From positions 1-38,013 of the IMG/VR virus record IMGVR_UViG_3300008255_000066: a stretch of 38,013 nucleotides of DNA; one strand, given 5' to 3'. Positions 26,855 to 36,632 of this stretch are shown here, one piece after another. The position numbers and the translations under genes were made by a program. The notes beneath the pieces are model-generated. The model saw only the letters and a list, made by a program, of their open reading frames with translations. It was not told the origin of the DNA and ran no database searches. Numbering within the stretch: the stretch's first letter is position 1; every line of letters starts with the position of its first letter. The DNA comes from a virus (Duplodnaviria; Caudoviricetes).

Positions 26855-27781
26855 TCAGACCGGCGCGCCCTGCGCCCGGTGCTTCAGCGTGATCAACTCC
26901 ATCTTCTTGGCCACGGCGGCGGCGTGCCCGGGGTGGCTATAGTTCTGGTACGCGTCGGACTTCTTCAACTGCGCAATCTGCTCGTCGATGCCGGCCGGGC
27001 TCGCGTGCCCCAGCAGTTGGTCTTCGCCCATGGCATTGGCAAAGTCGATCATGGCGCGGATCGTCTTGTAGTCGTTTGCGAGGCCCGCCGCTTTGAACGC
27101 GTCACCCAATCCGTACTTGGTCACCACGCCCTTGACCTTGGCCAGTTCCGCGTCCATGCGGTTCCCGAACTCGGCCTGCAGCTTCTCCACCGCCTCGTTG
27201 CGCGCCGTCTTCTGGAACTCCTGGGCTCGGGCCAACTCGGCCTGCACGCTGCCCACGTACTGGTTCATCACGCCTTCAAACTGCTTCTGGCTCAGCCCCA
27301 GGCCGTGCAGTGCGGTCTGTGTCGCCTTCAACTGCTCCGTGTTCAGGCTCATGCCATCGGGGGGCGCGTACTCGTACTTGTCCGGGCTCTCCGGGCGGCC
27401 CAGCGCCTTGTACACCGCGGCCCAGTCTTCCGGCTTGGCGTCTTCGCCGGGCAGTGTCACGCCCTTCTTGCCGATCAGCTTCTGGGCTTCGTTGTAGCTA
27501 CGGATTAGGTCGGCCGGGCTCTTGAACCCCTTGACCTTGTCGGTGATCAGTTCGGAAGGAATGCCCTTGGCCCAGTCCGGCAGCCCGGCGCCGTCGCCGT
27601 TCGTGCCGCCCGCGTCAGGCGCCGGCGTGCCACTGCCCGCAGTGCCGCCACTCGTCAACAGGTCGCCGCCGCCCGCGTCAGGCGCGGTGCTCGGGCTGGC
27701 CTGCCCCTGCGTCGGGCTGCTGCCGCTCGGGGCTGGTTGCCCCTGCGTGCCCGCGCCGGTCCCCTGAGATGCGTCGTCCAT
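26855..27781 (-). CDS. Capsid scaffolding protein
   Basis: Low-complexity N-terminus, then SYNEAQKLIG, LGRPESPDKY, GLSQKQ and AY...HPGH..AV motifs. Confidence 0.85.
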   Translation of the reverse strand: MDDASQGTGAGTQGQPAPSGSSPTQGQASPSTAPDAGGGDLLTSGGTAGSGTPAPDAGGTNGDGAGLPDWAKGIPSELITDKVKGFKSPADLIRSYNEAQKLIGKKGVTLPGEDAKPEDWAAVYKALGRPESPDKYEYAPPDGMSLNTEQLKATQTALHGLGLSQKQFEGVMNQYVGSVQAELARAQEFQKTARNEAVEKLQAEFGNRMDAELAKVKGVVTKYGLGDAFKAAGLANDYKTIRAMIDFANAMGEDQLLGHASPAGIDEQIAQLKKSDAYQNYSHPGHAAAVAKKMELITLKHRAQGAPV

Positions 27782-28034
27782 TGACTGTCTCCTCGATGTA
27801 CAGGCTTACTACTCTGCGGCCCAGTGCGAACGCGGTCAGACGCTCGCCGTCCTGGCCCGCCACCATGCAGATTCTGTTCAGGCCGCAGTACTTGGCCAGG
27901 TCGCGCCGCACGAACATCCCTTCCGGGGTGCCGAACACGGCCCGGTATGCCGCCGTCTTGCTCTCCTCGGCGGCCAATACAGCCGGGTCGAGCTGCACAA
28001 CCCGCGGCTCTCTCCTGTTGCGGCGTGGCGCCAT
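27678..28034 (-). CDS. Bbp19-like protein
   Basis: YRAVFGTPEG..V..DL...C and TAF..GRR.V.LYI motifs, between portal and scaffold. The C-terminal extension overlaps the scaffold gene. Confidence 0.75.
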   Translation of the reverse strand: MAPRRNRREPRVVQLDPAVLAAEESKTAAYRAVFGTPEGMFVRRDLAKYCGLNRICMVAGQDGERLTAFALGRRVVSLYIEETVNGRRISGDRRGHAGATSPERQQPDAGAGQPEHRA

Positions 28035-28048
28035 GCTCGTGCGTCCTC

Positions 28049-29716
28049 CTACTCCATCCCCGCCATGCCGCTGGCGGCCGCGGCCGCCAGCGCCATCATT
28101 GGGGATTCGTCCTGAATCGGCTTGGTGATATCGACCGGCGCAATCTTGTCGGCCAGCAGTTGCCGCTGTTGTGCCTGTGCCTGTGCCTGCGCCATTTGCT
28201 TCCGGTGCTTCTCAACCTCGCGCGTGGTCCGGATCAGCGTGGCGGGAACGTTGTCGTTCTGGGCCAGGCGCTTGATGATCTGGTCAATGTCGACCAGGGC
28301 GGTAAGCGCCGGCGCGGCGCTCACGATCTGCACTGCCTGACCCGCCTCGGCCAGGAACTTCAGCATGTTCCGGTTCTCGGTCTCGCTCAACCGCGCATCG
28401 AGGCGGCTGGTGTAGACCACGTCGTATTGACTGCCGCGTAGGACCGCCGGCGGGTCGGGCAACAGCCCGGCGTGGCCCAAGAGTGTCACTACGCGTTCAA
28501 TCACCGGCTGGTACAGTTCGCTCTGCAGCCGGCTTACCACGGGCGCAATCGCCTGGATCTTCTCGCCGACACGTTCCGCAACTTCGGTCGCGGTCATGTT
28601 CTTGCCGCCGGCCGCGGCCTGGAACATCTGAAACAGGTCGACCATGAACATCTGTTCGATCGCCGTGTCCTTGCGGGTGATGAAATCCATCCCCACTTGC
28701 GTGTCGCCGCCGGCCTTGTACATCACCGGGCTGCCACCGCGGGTCGGATCGTAAACGTTGATTGCGCCGGGCCGCAGGTCGGTCCGCTCCATGCCTTCGA
28801 CGTCAGGCAGGAATACGGGCGGGACCACGGCCATTTCGACCGCGTCAATCCAGTCCTCTGAGGCGCGCGAGACCATGCGCAGGTCGGGCAGGGCGGACAT
28901 TGCCGGACTGCGGCCGTACACTTCGCCGTCGAGCTTGCTGAACCGTGGCGCGGCAAACGGGAACTCTTCAAACCCGCTTTCGCTGACGATCGTTTCGGCC
29001 TTGCGCTCGATGTAGAGCGACGCGTACGGCATGGCCCGCGCGCCTTTGGCGCCAGTGGCTACGCTCTCACGCGGGCCGACGTAGTGCACGAACGGGTACT
29101 TGTCCTGGGCGGTCTGCGGGTTTGACGCGGCCCTGCGGACTTCGCTCGATACGCTCTTCGGGAACTTCCGTACCGCCTGCGTGGCGGTCAACCAGAACTG
29201 GCGGTACAGCGTATCAATGCGCCCTTCCAGCCCTTCGGCCAGGTACACGTTGCGCACGCTGTGGTGTTGGAAGCTCAGCCTGGCCCCGTCGGTCAGTTCC
29301 GAGAACATTACGCCGGTCCCGAACACCACGAACGCCACGTGCAGTTCGTGCACTTCCAAGGAGAAGTTGCTGTTCTGCAGCGCTTTCAGCGATCGGTCGC
29401 TGACAGCGTCCCAGTACGCTTTGACCTCCTCATGGTCGTTCAGCTTCTCGTCGCGGGAACGCAGCCGGAACCACTGCTGACCGCTGCTGATCGTGTTGGA
29501 GTACAGGCCGCTCGCGAGGAGCTGCGCGCATCGGATCCCGATTGAGTCGACCGGCCCGATGTACTCGCGCCCCTCCTGCACCGGCTGGTTACGCTGCCCG
29601 ATCGCCTGTTCGGGCGGCATGCAGTACTCGGCACACTCGCGGTACAGACCGTCGAACGACGCGCGGTCGCTCTCCAGTTTCCCGAATGCTTCCAGGATGT
29701 CTTTGGCGTTTGCCAT
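28049..29716 (-). CDS. Portal protein (T7-type head-tail connector)
   Basis: LASGL, WFRL, FGTG, ESGFEEFPF..PR..GEVYGRSP and MTATEV.ER motifs. Confidence 0.95.
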   Translation of the reverse strand: MANAKDILEAFGKLESDRASFDGLYRECAEYCMPPEQAIGQRNQPVQEGREYIGPVDSIGIRCAQLLASGLYSNTISSGQQWFRLRSRDEKLNDHEEVKAYWDAVSDRSLKALQNSNFSLEVHELHVAFVVFGTGVMFSELTDGARLSFQHHSVRNVYLAEGLEGRIDTLYRQFWLTATQAVRKFPKSVSSEVRRAASNPQTAQDKYPFVHYVGPRESVATGAKGARAMPYASLYIERKAETIVSESGFEEFPFAAPRFSKLDGEVYGRSPAMSALPDLRMVSRASEDWIDAVEMAVVPPVFLPDVEGMERTDLRPGAINVYDPTRGGSPVMYKAGGDTQVGMDFITRKDTAIEQMFMVDLFQMFQAAAGGKNMTATEVAERVGEKIQAIAPVVSRLQSELYQPVIERVVTLLGHAGLLPDPPAVLRGSQYDVVYTSRLDARLSETENRNMLKFLAEAGQAVQIVSAAPALTALVDIDQIIKRLAQNDNVPATLIRTTREVEKHRKQMAQAQAQAQQRQLLADKIAPVDITKPIQDESPMMALAAAAASGMAGME

Positions 29717-29739
29717 GCGCGTCCTGCCTTGTGTCCAGC

Positions 29740-29776
29740 AAAAAGGGCCGTACGCGGATGCGGCCCCGCACGGCCC
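29740..29776 (-). terminator. Intrinsic terminator-like hairpin immediately upstream of the portal gene
   Basis: Minus strand GGGCCGT...ACGGCCC followed by TTTTT. Confidence 0.55.
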
Positions 29777-29841
29777 TGGCTATCGCCTGCCGCCCGGGTA
29801 GCTACTCCCGGACGGTCCTGCTGGATTGGGTTACGGCTCGA

Positions 29842-30036
29842 TCAGTCTCCCAGAAGCGTCTTACCAGTTGCTGGTTGTGCCGGGTTCACAAGAAACGTCT
29901 TCTCGCGGCTGAACCGCTTGGCCAACCGCCGGCGCTCGCGTTCCTGCGCCGCCCGGACATCTTCGCTTTCGGCCTGCACAGCCGGGGCGGCCGGCGGCGG
30001 CGGGGCTGGGACACTCGCTGATTTGGATTTGCCCAT
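29842..30036 (-). CDS. Small virion-associated protein (T7 gp7.3-like position)
   Basis: MG..K, Pro-rich stretch, coil and C-terminal KTLLG, directly before the portal gene. Confidence 0.75.
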   Translation of the reverse strand: MGKSKSASVPAPPPPAAPAVQAESEDVRAAQERERRRLAKRFSREKTFLVNPAQPATGKTLLGD

Positions 30037-30451
30037 AGTACTGCTCTCCAACTCGATGCGTCGCACAGCCCAGTAACCCAGCGAACTTCGCAACCTCCGA
30101 ACGAGTTGTAAGAATGTACACCACGGACAGGCCGCTTGTCAATAGTGGGCCTTGTAGAAATGTCCGGCCAGCCTCCACCGCGGCCCACATTGACACGTGC
30201 GGCAACCGCACGAAATGCAGGTACGGACCGCCGTACGTCCACTGCACCAGCGCCAGCCCGCCCAGCCGGCCGGACGCACGATCGAACGCGAGCCACGTCC
30301 AGCACGAGCGTGCCGCCCAGTCGGCCCATAGCCACACGTCCGCCGACTCCGGGACTTGTATCAACTGGCGCCAGTCCAGAACCGCCGCCACGTCCAAGTA
30401 CACGCCGGCTAATACCGCCCGGTCCGTCTCCATTCTCCATGCGTACGTCAT
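29861..30451 (-). CDS. Putative GNAT-like protein
   Basis: Position before the portal and the G.LGGL.L...LHF...FA.LLG pattern recall podophage acetyltransferase-like proteins. The C-terminal tail overlaps the next gene. Confidence 0.5.
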   Translation of the reverse strand: MTYAWRMETDRAVLAGVYLDVAAVLDWRQLIQVPESADVWLWADWAARSCWTWLAFDRASGRLGGLALVQWTYGGPYLHFVRLPHVSMWAAVEAGRTFLQGPLLTSGLSVVYILTTRSEVAKFAGLLGCATHRVGEQYYGQIQISECPSPAAAGRPGCAGRKRRCPGGAGTRAPAVGQAVQPREDVSCEPGTTSNW

Positions 30452-30499
30452 GCGTTTCCATGCCAGTTTCTGCGTTATCAGGTCAAAGCCGCCTGTCAA

Positions 30500-30733
30500 T
30501 CAATGGTTGGCAGAACCGAAGTCGATCTCTTTCGTGCCGACCACGTAGTTGTGTCCGTCGGCAAAGCGCACGGTCGCCGTGGTGCCGTCAGACCAGACCC
30601 ACAACACGCGACACTCTACGATGCGGCCGTCAACATCGAGGGAACCAATCCTGCCAACCAGGGGATGCGGCCGACCGGCGGTTTTGCCACGGCGCGTGAA
30701 GTTTGCCCTTACCAGTGTTGCGCTCGTTCGCAT
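30500..30733 (-). CDS. Hypothetical protein (77 aa, small beta domain)
   Basis: GGGAG RBS. ATG 30733 lies just after the upstream stop. Confidence 0.65.
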   Translation of the reverse strand: MRTSATLVRANFTRRGKTAGRPHPLVGRIGSLDVDGRIVECRVLWVWSDGTTATVRFADGHNYVVGTKEIDFGSANH

Positions 30734-30735
30734 GG

Positions 30736-31017
30736 TTAGTCTCCCGCCGGCGGCTGATCCCCGGTGTTCCGAGAACTGGCGCCTGCTGCCGACGGAGTAC
30801 CGCGGCGTAAAGCAGCGGTGGCGCGGACGTTCCGGTGGAACCGGATCTTGATTTGGACGGTGCGCAGGTCCACCCACTTGCCGCCGCGCGCCAGGATGCG
30901 AAACTGCACGTCGTGGGCCAGGCCGCAGTCACAACAGGAGAGGCGGTAGTTCGTCGTGCGCGGCGTTATCCAGGGCGTCCAGCCGTTCGCACCTTCGATC
31001 ATTCGTTTGTGTCGCAT
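30736..31017 (-). CDS. Phage hypothetical protein with CCDCGLxH metal-binding motif
   Basis: CCDCGLAH...RATAALRR motif. GAGGT RBS before ATG 31017. Confidence 0.75.
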   Translation of the reverse strand: MRHKRMIEGANGWTPWITPRTTNYRLSCCDCGLAHDVQFRILARGGKWVDLRTVQIKIRFHRNVRATAALRRGTPSAAGASSRNTGDQPPAGD

Positions 31018-31028
31018 GGGCTTACCTC

Positions 31029-31331
31029 TTATTGCGGCGACTCGTAACCCTGGTCTGCCCCGTGCGCCTGTGGTGCCGGCGGCGGTGGCGCCACGGTCAG
31101 GCCTGCGTGTCGAGCCCGGATTCTGTCCCGCAGCGCGGCCACGTCCATGTTGCCGCGGATGGCCGGGTCTTCGTCGAAGTCCGTTTCGATCAGCCACGCC
31201 AGTACGGCGCACGTGTCCGGGTACTCGGCCAGCCACCGGTACGCCTGGGCAATGCGGGAACGCAACCGTTGTTCGCGGTACGCCGCCTCTTCCAGTTTAC
31301 GCACGCGCTTGGACCATTGCAGGGTGATCAT
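31029..31331 (-). CDS. Hypothetical protein
   Basis: ATGA coupling with the upstream gene. Confidence 0.65.
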   Translation of the reverse strand: MITLQWSKRVRKLEEAAYREQRLRSRIAQAYRWLAEYPDTCAVLAWLIETDFDEDPAIRGNMDVAALRDRIRARHAGLTVAPPPPAPQAHGADQGYESPQ

Positions 31332-31546
31332 GTCGCGCCCCTTGCTTTTGTCTGGCTCATGATTCGCTTGTTTTCAGCGTTCCAGGTTGCCAGTGCGTCG
31401 ACATCGGTGGCTTGACGGGACACATAAACGTCTACGCCTTGGAACGTAAGCCGAACAGTCATGTCCAGGCGCTTGGCCACGTAGATGGCGGCGTGTAGCG
31501 ATGGTTCAAGCGTATCGTCGGGATCAGCTACCAGGCGGATTTTCAT
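31328..31546 (-). CDS. Hypothetical protein
   Basis: GGAGG and AGGAG just upstream. Starts directly after the TerL stop. Confidence 0.65.
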   Translation of the reverse strand: MKIRLVADPDDTLEPSLHAAIYVAKRLDMTVRLTFQGVDVYVSRQATDVDALATWNAENKRIMSQTKARGAT

Positions 31547-31552
31547 CTCCTC

Positions 31553-32902
31553 TTACCTCCTTCTGCTGAACGGGTTGGGCGCGACCACAGGCGCGAACCG
31601 TGGCGGGTGGCGCCGTTGGGTCAGCACGCTGGGCGCCACGACCGGTCCGCTTGGCCTTGACATACCGGGACGCAGTTCAGCCAAAGCCCAGTATCGCGCC
31701 GCGTCAATGCCGTGATTCCAGGCATCGATCGGGTGATCCAGCCACACCCCGTCGCTTTTGCGCCGGTCCCACGTGTAATTCTCCAGTTCCCGTTGCAGGT
31801 TTTGGCTGCTGATGTGGATCCGCAGCCGCCGGCGCCGTAACAGGTCCAGGCCGTGCAGGATCGAATCCGGTGTCTTCACGGTCGGGACCACGTTGTACCC
31901 GGCAATCTCCAGTACGCGGATGCTTTCCGCCTGGGCGCTGTCCGCGTGCATCCGGGCCGTCTTGTCCACGCCTAGCGCCTCAAGCTTGCCCTGGATGCTT
32001 GGCTCGTTCGGCTTGGATGCGTTCCGGCCGACGAGCAGCCCCGGTTCGTAGACCAGTTCGCGGATGTACAAATCGTCCTGGAACAGCGCGCACTCAACAA
32101 CGGCCGTGGGGTCCAGGCTGAACCCAAAGTCGAGTCCGTACCCGTAGCGCTGGCAGTTCATGCGGTCGGGCCAGTCCTCTGTTACGCTCCAGAGCGTGAA
32201 TACCACACCCTCGCGCCGGCCGCGCTTGCCCAGGCCGTACACCTGCCAGTGCCATTCATCGGCGGTTCCGGCCTCGATGTTCTTCGGTGTCGGCTCGTAC
32301 GCCTCGATCTCGGCAATCTGCGTATGGGCAAGGAACGGGTTGTCGCGGTACGTGGTGTGACAGTACGTGTAATCGCTGGCCGACCGCTTCAGGATGCGTT
32401 CGAATACCCAGTGGTGTGTCAGGCTCGGGTTGAAGTCCAGGATGCGCAGCCGCGTCGTGCGCTGGTTCAACTGCGTCCATGCCGCGTAACTGATCTCCAT
32501 GGCCTCGTTCAGCCAGCAAATGTCCTGGCGCCGGCCGTGCAGCTTAAAAGGTTCGTGCGTGCCGCCGAACTCCAGTGTGCTCCCGTTGTCGAACGTGTAC
32601 ACTTTCAAGACCGAGTTCCAGCAGCGTGCCTGCCACAACTCATAGTCGGCCATGATCTCTTTGAAGTCCGGAATGATGGACTTCTCGCACGTTGTTCCAT
32701 CGTCGCGACCGGCGAAGATGCGGACCTTACTGGCGTACGCCTGCTCGATCAGGTACTGCAGGATGGCCCACGTCTTGCCGGATCGCGTCGATCCTTCCAG
32801 GACTACAATCGGCTTGCGGTTGGCGGCCAGCGCGAAGTAACTCCGCGTCGCCACGCGCTCGACCTCGGTCGTGGTCTCTTGGTTGGCGTCAGCGTCGGTC
32901 AC
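31553..32902 (-). CDS. terL: Terminase large subunit (PBSX/Terminase_3-like)
   Basis: Walker A EGSTRSGKT, Walker B CWLNEA, DFNP, and nuclease motifs GLDFGF..DP and NHGIDAARY. Confidence 0.95.
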   Translation of the reverse strand: MTDADANQETTTEVERVATRSYFALAANRKPIVVLEGSTRSGKTWAILQYLIEQAYASKVRIFAGRDDGTTCEKSIIPDFKEIMADYELWQARCWNSVLKVYTFDNGSTLEFGGTHEPFKLHGRRQDICWLNEAMEISYAAWTQLNQRTTRLRILDFNPSLTHHWVFERILKRSASDYTYCHTTYRDNPFLAHTQIAEIEAYEPTPKNIEAGTADEWHWQVYGLGKRGRREGVVFTLWSVTEDWPDRMNCQRYGYGLDFGFSLDPTAVVECALFQDDLYIRELVYEPGLLVGRNASKPNEPSIQGKLEALGVDKTARMHADSAQAESIRVLEIAGYNVVPTVKTPDSILHGLDLLRRRRLRIHISSQNLQRELENYTWDRRKSDGVWLDHPIDAWNHGIDAARYWALAELRPGMSRPSGPVVAPSVLTQRRHPPRFAPVVAPNPFSRRR

Positions 32903-33405
32903 GGTTGCGGTGTGTCCTGGTCAGGGGGTGACGCGGGCAATTCGGCGGCGGGGGCCAGCGGCGGCGGGCCGTCCATCAGGGTATGAGGCTCGTGGTCCGG
33001 CGGACGTGCCGCTACGAACCGTATCACGCGCGCAGGCCCGCCCTTCAGCGTCACGCGCTCGGGTTTGTGGTACCCGCGCAAGCGCGCCAACTCCGCAATG
33101 GCGGCTATCCGCTCGGCCGCTTTTGCCTCTTTCAATCGGCAGATATCTGTCAGTATGCGGCATGCCTCGTCATGCGTCGCAATCGCCGCCGCTTCCGCCT
33201 CTTTCCGCAGCCTGTCAAGCTCGGCCTGGACGTTAGCTTTGGTAAGCAATCGTGACGCTTCTACCGCACTTCCCCGCACGGCATACCCAGCGCGGATCGC
33301 CGCCTGCCGGCCGTTGCCGTCGGCCATGTATTCGCGGCAGAACGACCGTTGCTTGTCGGTCAACTGCTCGGCTGGCCTGGTCTCAGTTGTTTGGCTATCG
33401 GCCAT
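32899..33405 (-). CDS. terS: Terminase small subunit
   Basis: LTDKQRSFCREY..DGNGRQAAIRAGY...ASRLL (Terminase_2 pattern). Confidence 0.92.
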   Translation of the reverse strand: MADSQTTETRPAEQLTDKQRSFCREYMADGNGRQAAIRAGYAVRGSAVEASRLLTKANVQAELDRLRKEAEAAAIATHDEACRILTDICRLKEAKAAERIAAIAELARLRGYHKPERVTLKGGPARVIRFVAARPPDHEPHTLMDGPPPLAPAAELPASPPDQDTPQP

Positions 33406-33408
33406 TAG

Positions 33409-36390
33409 CTACTGGCCCCAGGTGCCGGACTCGGCCGCGTCATGCCATGCCACCTTTGCGGCCGCCTTGTTCTCGTCTCGGCGCATCGGATACCAGGTTG
33501 CGTCTGTCCGCGGCTCATGGTGCACGTGCACAACCTGGCTGGCCCGGCGCTTGACCTTCATGCCCAGGAACCTGGCGCGGATAACCAGGTCACCGTCCTC
33601 GAACCCGTACCCGTACTGGCGCTCGTCGTAACCCTTCAACCGTGCCCAGTCCTCGGCCCGTGCCGCCACGGTACCACAGCCCTGCTGCCACTTCTTAGCG
33701 TCCCGGATCTGCTCGAACGTCACGCCGGCCGCCATCATGTAGTACGGGGCCAGCACTTCCCCAGCGGTCTGCGGAACCAGCTTTTCGGCGTCCAGGATGA
33801 ACCGATCGGACAGGATGCAGTCGATGTCCGTCTTGATGATCACGCCGAACCCAGCCGCGTACGCAGCGCGGATACCGGCGTTGCTCGCGCGTGCCGGGCT
33901 GTACTGGTCCATGGCTGGCGGCTGTATCACCTGTACCCATGGCGCACGGTCGGGGTCCAGGTCCGTGACCAGGTACACTTCCTGTTTCAGCTCCTCGACC
34001 ACTTCCGCGTTGCGCGCCAGCCATGCGGCCCAAGCCTCGGCCGGCAGCCTGACCGAGCACACCACAATGGCCATGCCGCGCCGCGCAGCCCCGGCCAGCA
34101 CTGGCACCGGCGCCGGCTCCACGGTCGATACCACGGGCTCGATTCGTGGCGCTTCCGCCGCGGCAAGGACAGTCGCCGGTACGGCCGCGGCCACCGCCAC
34201 TGCGGTGGCGCTTTCGACCAGGTCCGGGCCCGTCACGGCCGGCAGCACGTCGATCTCGGACTGAAGGCCGTCCTCGGTTAGCCTCCAGGACAGCCGGTCC
34301 GGATCGGGCAGCGTCTCGGGGTCCGGGTTCGGCCAGACCCAGACTTCGAAGTCCGTCGGCTCGATCTCCTGCCCGTCCCAGACCCAGGCTTGGCGGTTGT
34401 CCTCGAACATGACGTGCCCCATACCCCAGCCCGTGAACTCGGTAGCGTCGATCTTTCGGCGCTTGACCACGATACGGCCACGGTTGGCGCGCGTGACCTC
34501 CACCCGGTGCCGGCTCGCGTATACGCCAATGTGGTAGGCGTGGAAACTGCGCCCGTCGTTGACCCAACCGGGCGCTGACACGTCCGGCCCGAACCGGGTC
34601 ACGCAGCAATCCCCCGTGTCGACCCGGATCAGCTTCAGGTACCCGGCGCGTGGCCAGCGCTTCTTCTGCACAAACCCGCGCCGTCCGTTCACGAACCCGA
34701 GCGGAATCCACGCCGGCCCGGCAGACACCAAGGCCGCCGGACTGTTCAGGATTCCTGGCCCCTTGATTGCGTCCGTTACGCGGCCGGACCAGTTTGCGCC
34801 AAGATCGCCGTGCGGAATGTGCACGCACACCACGCCCGGCAACCACACGCGTTTCGGGGCCGGGAACTTGCGCTGGAAATGGTTGTCCACGCCGCCGGCG
34901 GTCCCGAACTTCTCCGAGTACAGATGCGGCCACGTGTCGTCACGCAGCGCACTGGCCAGCGGGCTGAACAACTGGAAATACCCCCAGGGCATACGGTTCG
35001 TTGTCGGGTCCTCCATCTTCAGCCGCGTGGCCGCGCCGGGGTCGGCCTTGAACTCGGCCAGCCACTTTTGTCGCTCGGCCAGCTTCGGACCGCGACGTTC
35101 CGCGTAGTACAGGCACCCGGGGTTCAGCACCAGTTCGGTGAGCATGTCCCGGAGTCCGGCCGGCAAGATGATGTCCGCGTCCGTGATCAGGATCCAGCCG
35201 TCCGCATCGCACGCCGCCACCCCGTCGTTGATCATCTTTCCCTTGTTGAACGGCCCCGCCTCCTGAAACCGGTCCGACACGACTAGCGTGGCCCCGTGCT
35301 TCTGCGCCATCTCCTGCGTGGGCTTGTCATGGCTCGAGGTCACGACCACGAGGCGGTCAACCTCTTTGACGTTGCGAAAGAGCGTTTCGGACAGGAAGTC
35401 CGAGTACCCCACGCACACCAGCACCGCCTGCACCTTGCGCACCCGCAGCGGCTCGACGGTCGCCGGAACGACCCGCGCCGTGTTGCCTTCGGCCGCGGGC
35501 AGGTACGGTTCGCACTCCGTCACGTTCCGCTTGTACAGCGCCCGATCGTACTTGGCCGCGTCTAACACGGCCACCTTGCCGGCCGCCAGCTTGCGACTGC
35601 CAAGCTCCTTCAGTCGCGCTTCCCAGGCCGGCGACACGTCGTCGGTGCCGTCCGTCGCGCGCCGCCGCGGCACGGCCAGGCAGCCGCTGCACAGTTCGCA
35701 CCACGCGAGCTGGCCGCCGAACTCGGCCGGGGTCCGCCCCCACCAGCCTTTTTCGATTGGCCATCCTCCGGGGCCGCCGGTCAACATGTCCATGGCGGCG
35801 GCTACTTCGCAGAAGAACGCACCCTTGGGCGTGATCGAGGCGGACCACAGGTTCTGGATCCAGCATTCGTCGCGCAGCGCCGGCCATTCGGCGTCCGTGA
35901 TGCCCAGCTCACGGCGCGTGATCATCAGCGCCTGGTGCTCGCCGGCGTGGCTGTGGTCGTTCAGGCACTGGTATCCGTACACGTCCCGAATGACCTCGAA
36001 GTTTCGCGCGTACGCCAGGCCAAGGCTCGACCACAGCCCGCGCGGCTGACCCTCGACTTGTGCCCAGTGCCGGTTTCGGTACTCGCAGAACTCGTCCGCC
36101 CGTATGGGATCGCCCACGTGGGCCGCCGAAACGGCGCCAGGCCGAAAGCGCGCCTGCCGCAAGTACCGGCTGAACCGCTCGAACTCCGGGTGCAGCGTCG
36201 GCTCTCCGCCCATGATCCCGACCATGCCCGGGAAGTCCTTGAGGCTGTCGACCGCCAGCTTGAACGTGTCCCAGTCCATCATGAACGGTTTCCGGTGATG
36301 CCCGTTGAACCGCGTGCAGTTGCTGCACCCGTGCGGGCAGGCGTTGGTGATCTCGATCTGGATGATCTTCATGTCGGCCGGGCTCTTCAT
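33409..36390 (-). CDS. Radical SAM - glycosyltransferase (GT-A) - unknown domain - glycosyltransferase (GT-A) fusion, 993 aa
   Basis: CPHGCSNC (CxxxCxxC), MGGEPTLHP and further Cys residues. First GT: FNKG, LITDADI, WGYFQLF. Second GT: ASNAG, KTDIDC, GYDERQYGYGFEDGDL. Confidence 0.85.
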   Translation of the reverse strand: MKSPADMKIIQIEITNACPHGCSNCTRFNGHHRKPFMMDWDTFKLAVDSLKDFPGMVGIMGGEPTLHPEFERFSRYLRQARFRPGAVSAAHVGDPIRADEFCEYRNRHWAQVEGQPRGLWSSLGLAYARNFEVIRDVYGYQCLNDHSHAGEHQALMITRRELGITDAEWPALRDECWIQNLWSASITPKGAFFCEVAAAMDMLTGGPGGWPIEKGWWGRTPAEFGGQLAWCELCSGCLAVPRRRATDGTDDVSPAWEARLKELGSRKLAAGKVAVLDAAKYDRALYKRNVTECEPYLPAAEGNTARVVPATVEPLRVRKVQAVLVCVGYSDFLSETLFRNVKEVDRLVVVTSSHDKPTQEMAQKHGATLVVSDRFQEAGPFNKGKMINDGVAACDADGWILITDADIILPAGLRDMLTELVLNPGCLYYAERRGPKLAERQKWLAEFKADPGAATRLKMEDPTTNRMPWGYFQLFSPLASALRDDTWPHLYSEKFGTAGGVDNHFQRKFPAPKRVWLPGVVCVHIPHGDLGANWSGRVTDAIKGPGILNSPAALVSAGPAWIPLGFVNGRRGFVQKKRWPRAGYLKLIRVDTGDCCVTRFGPDVSAPGWVNDGRSFHAYHIGVYASRHRVEVTRANRGRIVVKRRKIDATEFTGWGMGHVMFEDNRQAWVWDGQEIEPTDFEVWVWPNPDPETLPDPDRLSWRLTEDGLQSEIDVLPAVTGPDLVESATAVAVAAAVPATVLAAAEAPRIEPVVSTVEPAPVPVLAGAARRGMAIVVCSVRLPAEAWAAWLARNAEVVEELKQEVYLVTDLDPDRAPWVQVIQPPAMDQYSPARASNAGIRAAYAAGFGVIIKTDIDCILSDRFILDAEKLVPQTAGEVLAPYYMMAAGVTFEQIRDAKKWQQGCGTVAARAEDWARLKGYDERQYGYGFEDGDLVIRARFLGMKVKRRASQVVHVHHEPRTDATWYPMRRDENKAAAKVAWHDAAESGTWGQ

Positions 36391-36632
36391 GCGCGGGCTC
36401 CTCCTTCAACGAGTCGTTTCAACAGGTTGCGAACTTCGCACGTCACTGCGAACTGCTGCCGGACGGTCGGGTCCGGACGGGCGGCCGGGAACAGCGGTTC
36501 CGCGGCCAGGCACTGGCGCACTACGGCTCGCACGTCCACGTGGCCAGGCAACCGCCGCGCTTCGGCACGCCGCCGCCGCGCCGCTTCAACTCCCAGCGTC
36601 CGCCCGGCTGCGCTCAACTCCATCTGTTTCAT
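36387..36632 (-). CDS. Hypothetical protein (81 aa)
   Basis: ATGA overlaps with both neighbours. GGAGG RBS. Confidence 0.6.
   Translation of the reverse strand: MKQMELSAAGRTLGVEAARRRRAEARRLPGHVDVRAVVRQCLAAEPLFPAARPDPTVRQQFAVTCEVRNLLKRLVEGGARA

Noticed and set aside
29780-29825. yybP-ykoY (Mn2+) riboswitch suggested by GGGAGTAGC
   Set aside because: The motif sits in a short simple hairpin, the rest of the riboswitch architecture is not evident, and the gene context does not fit.
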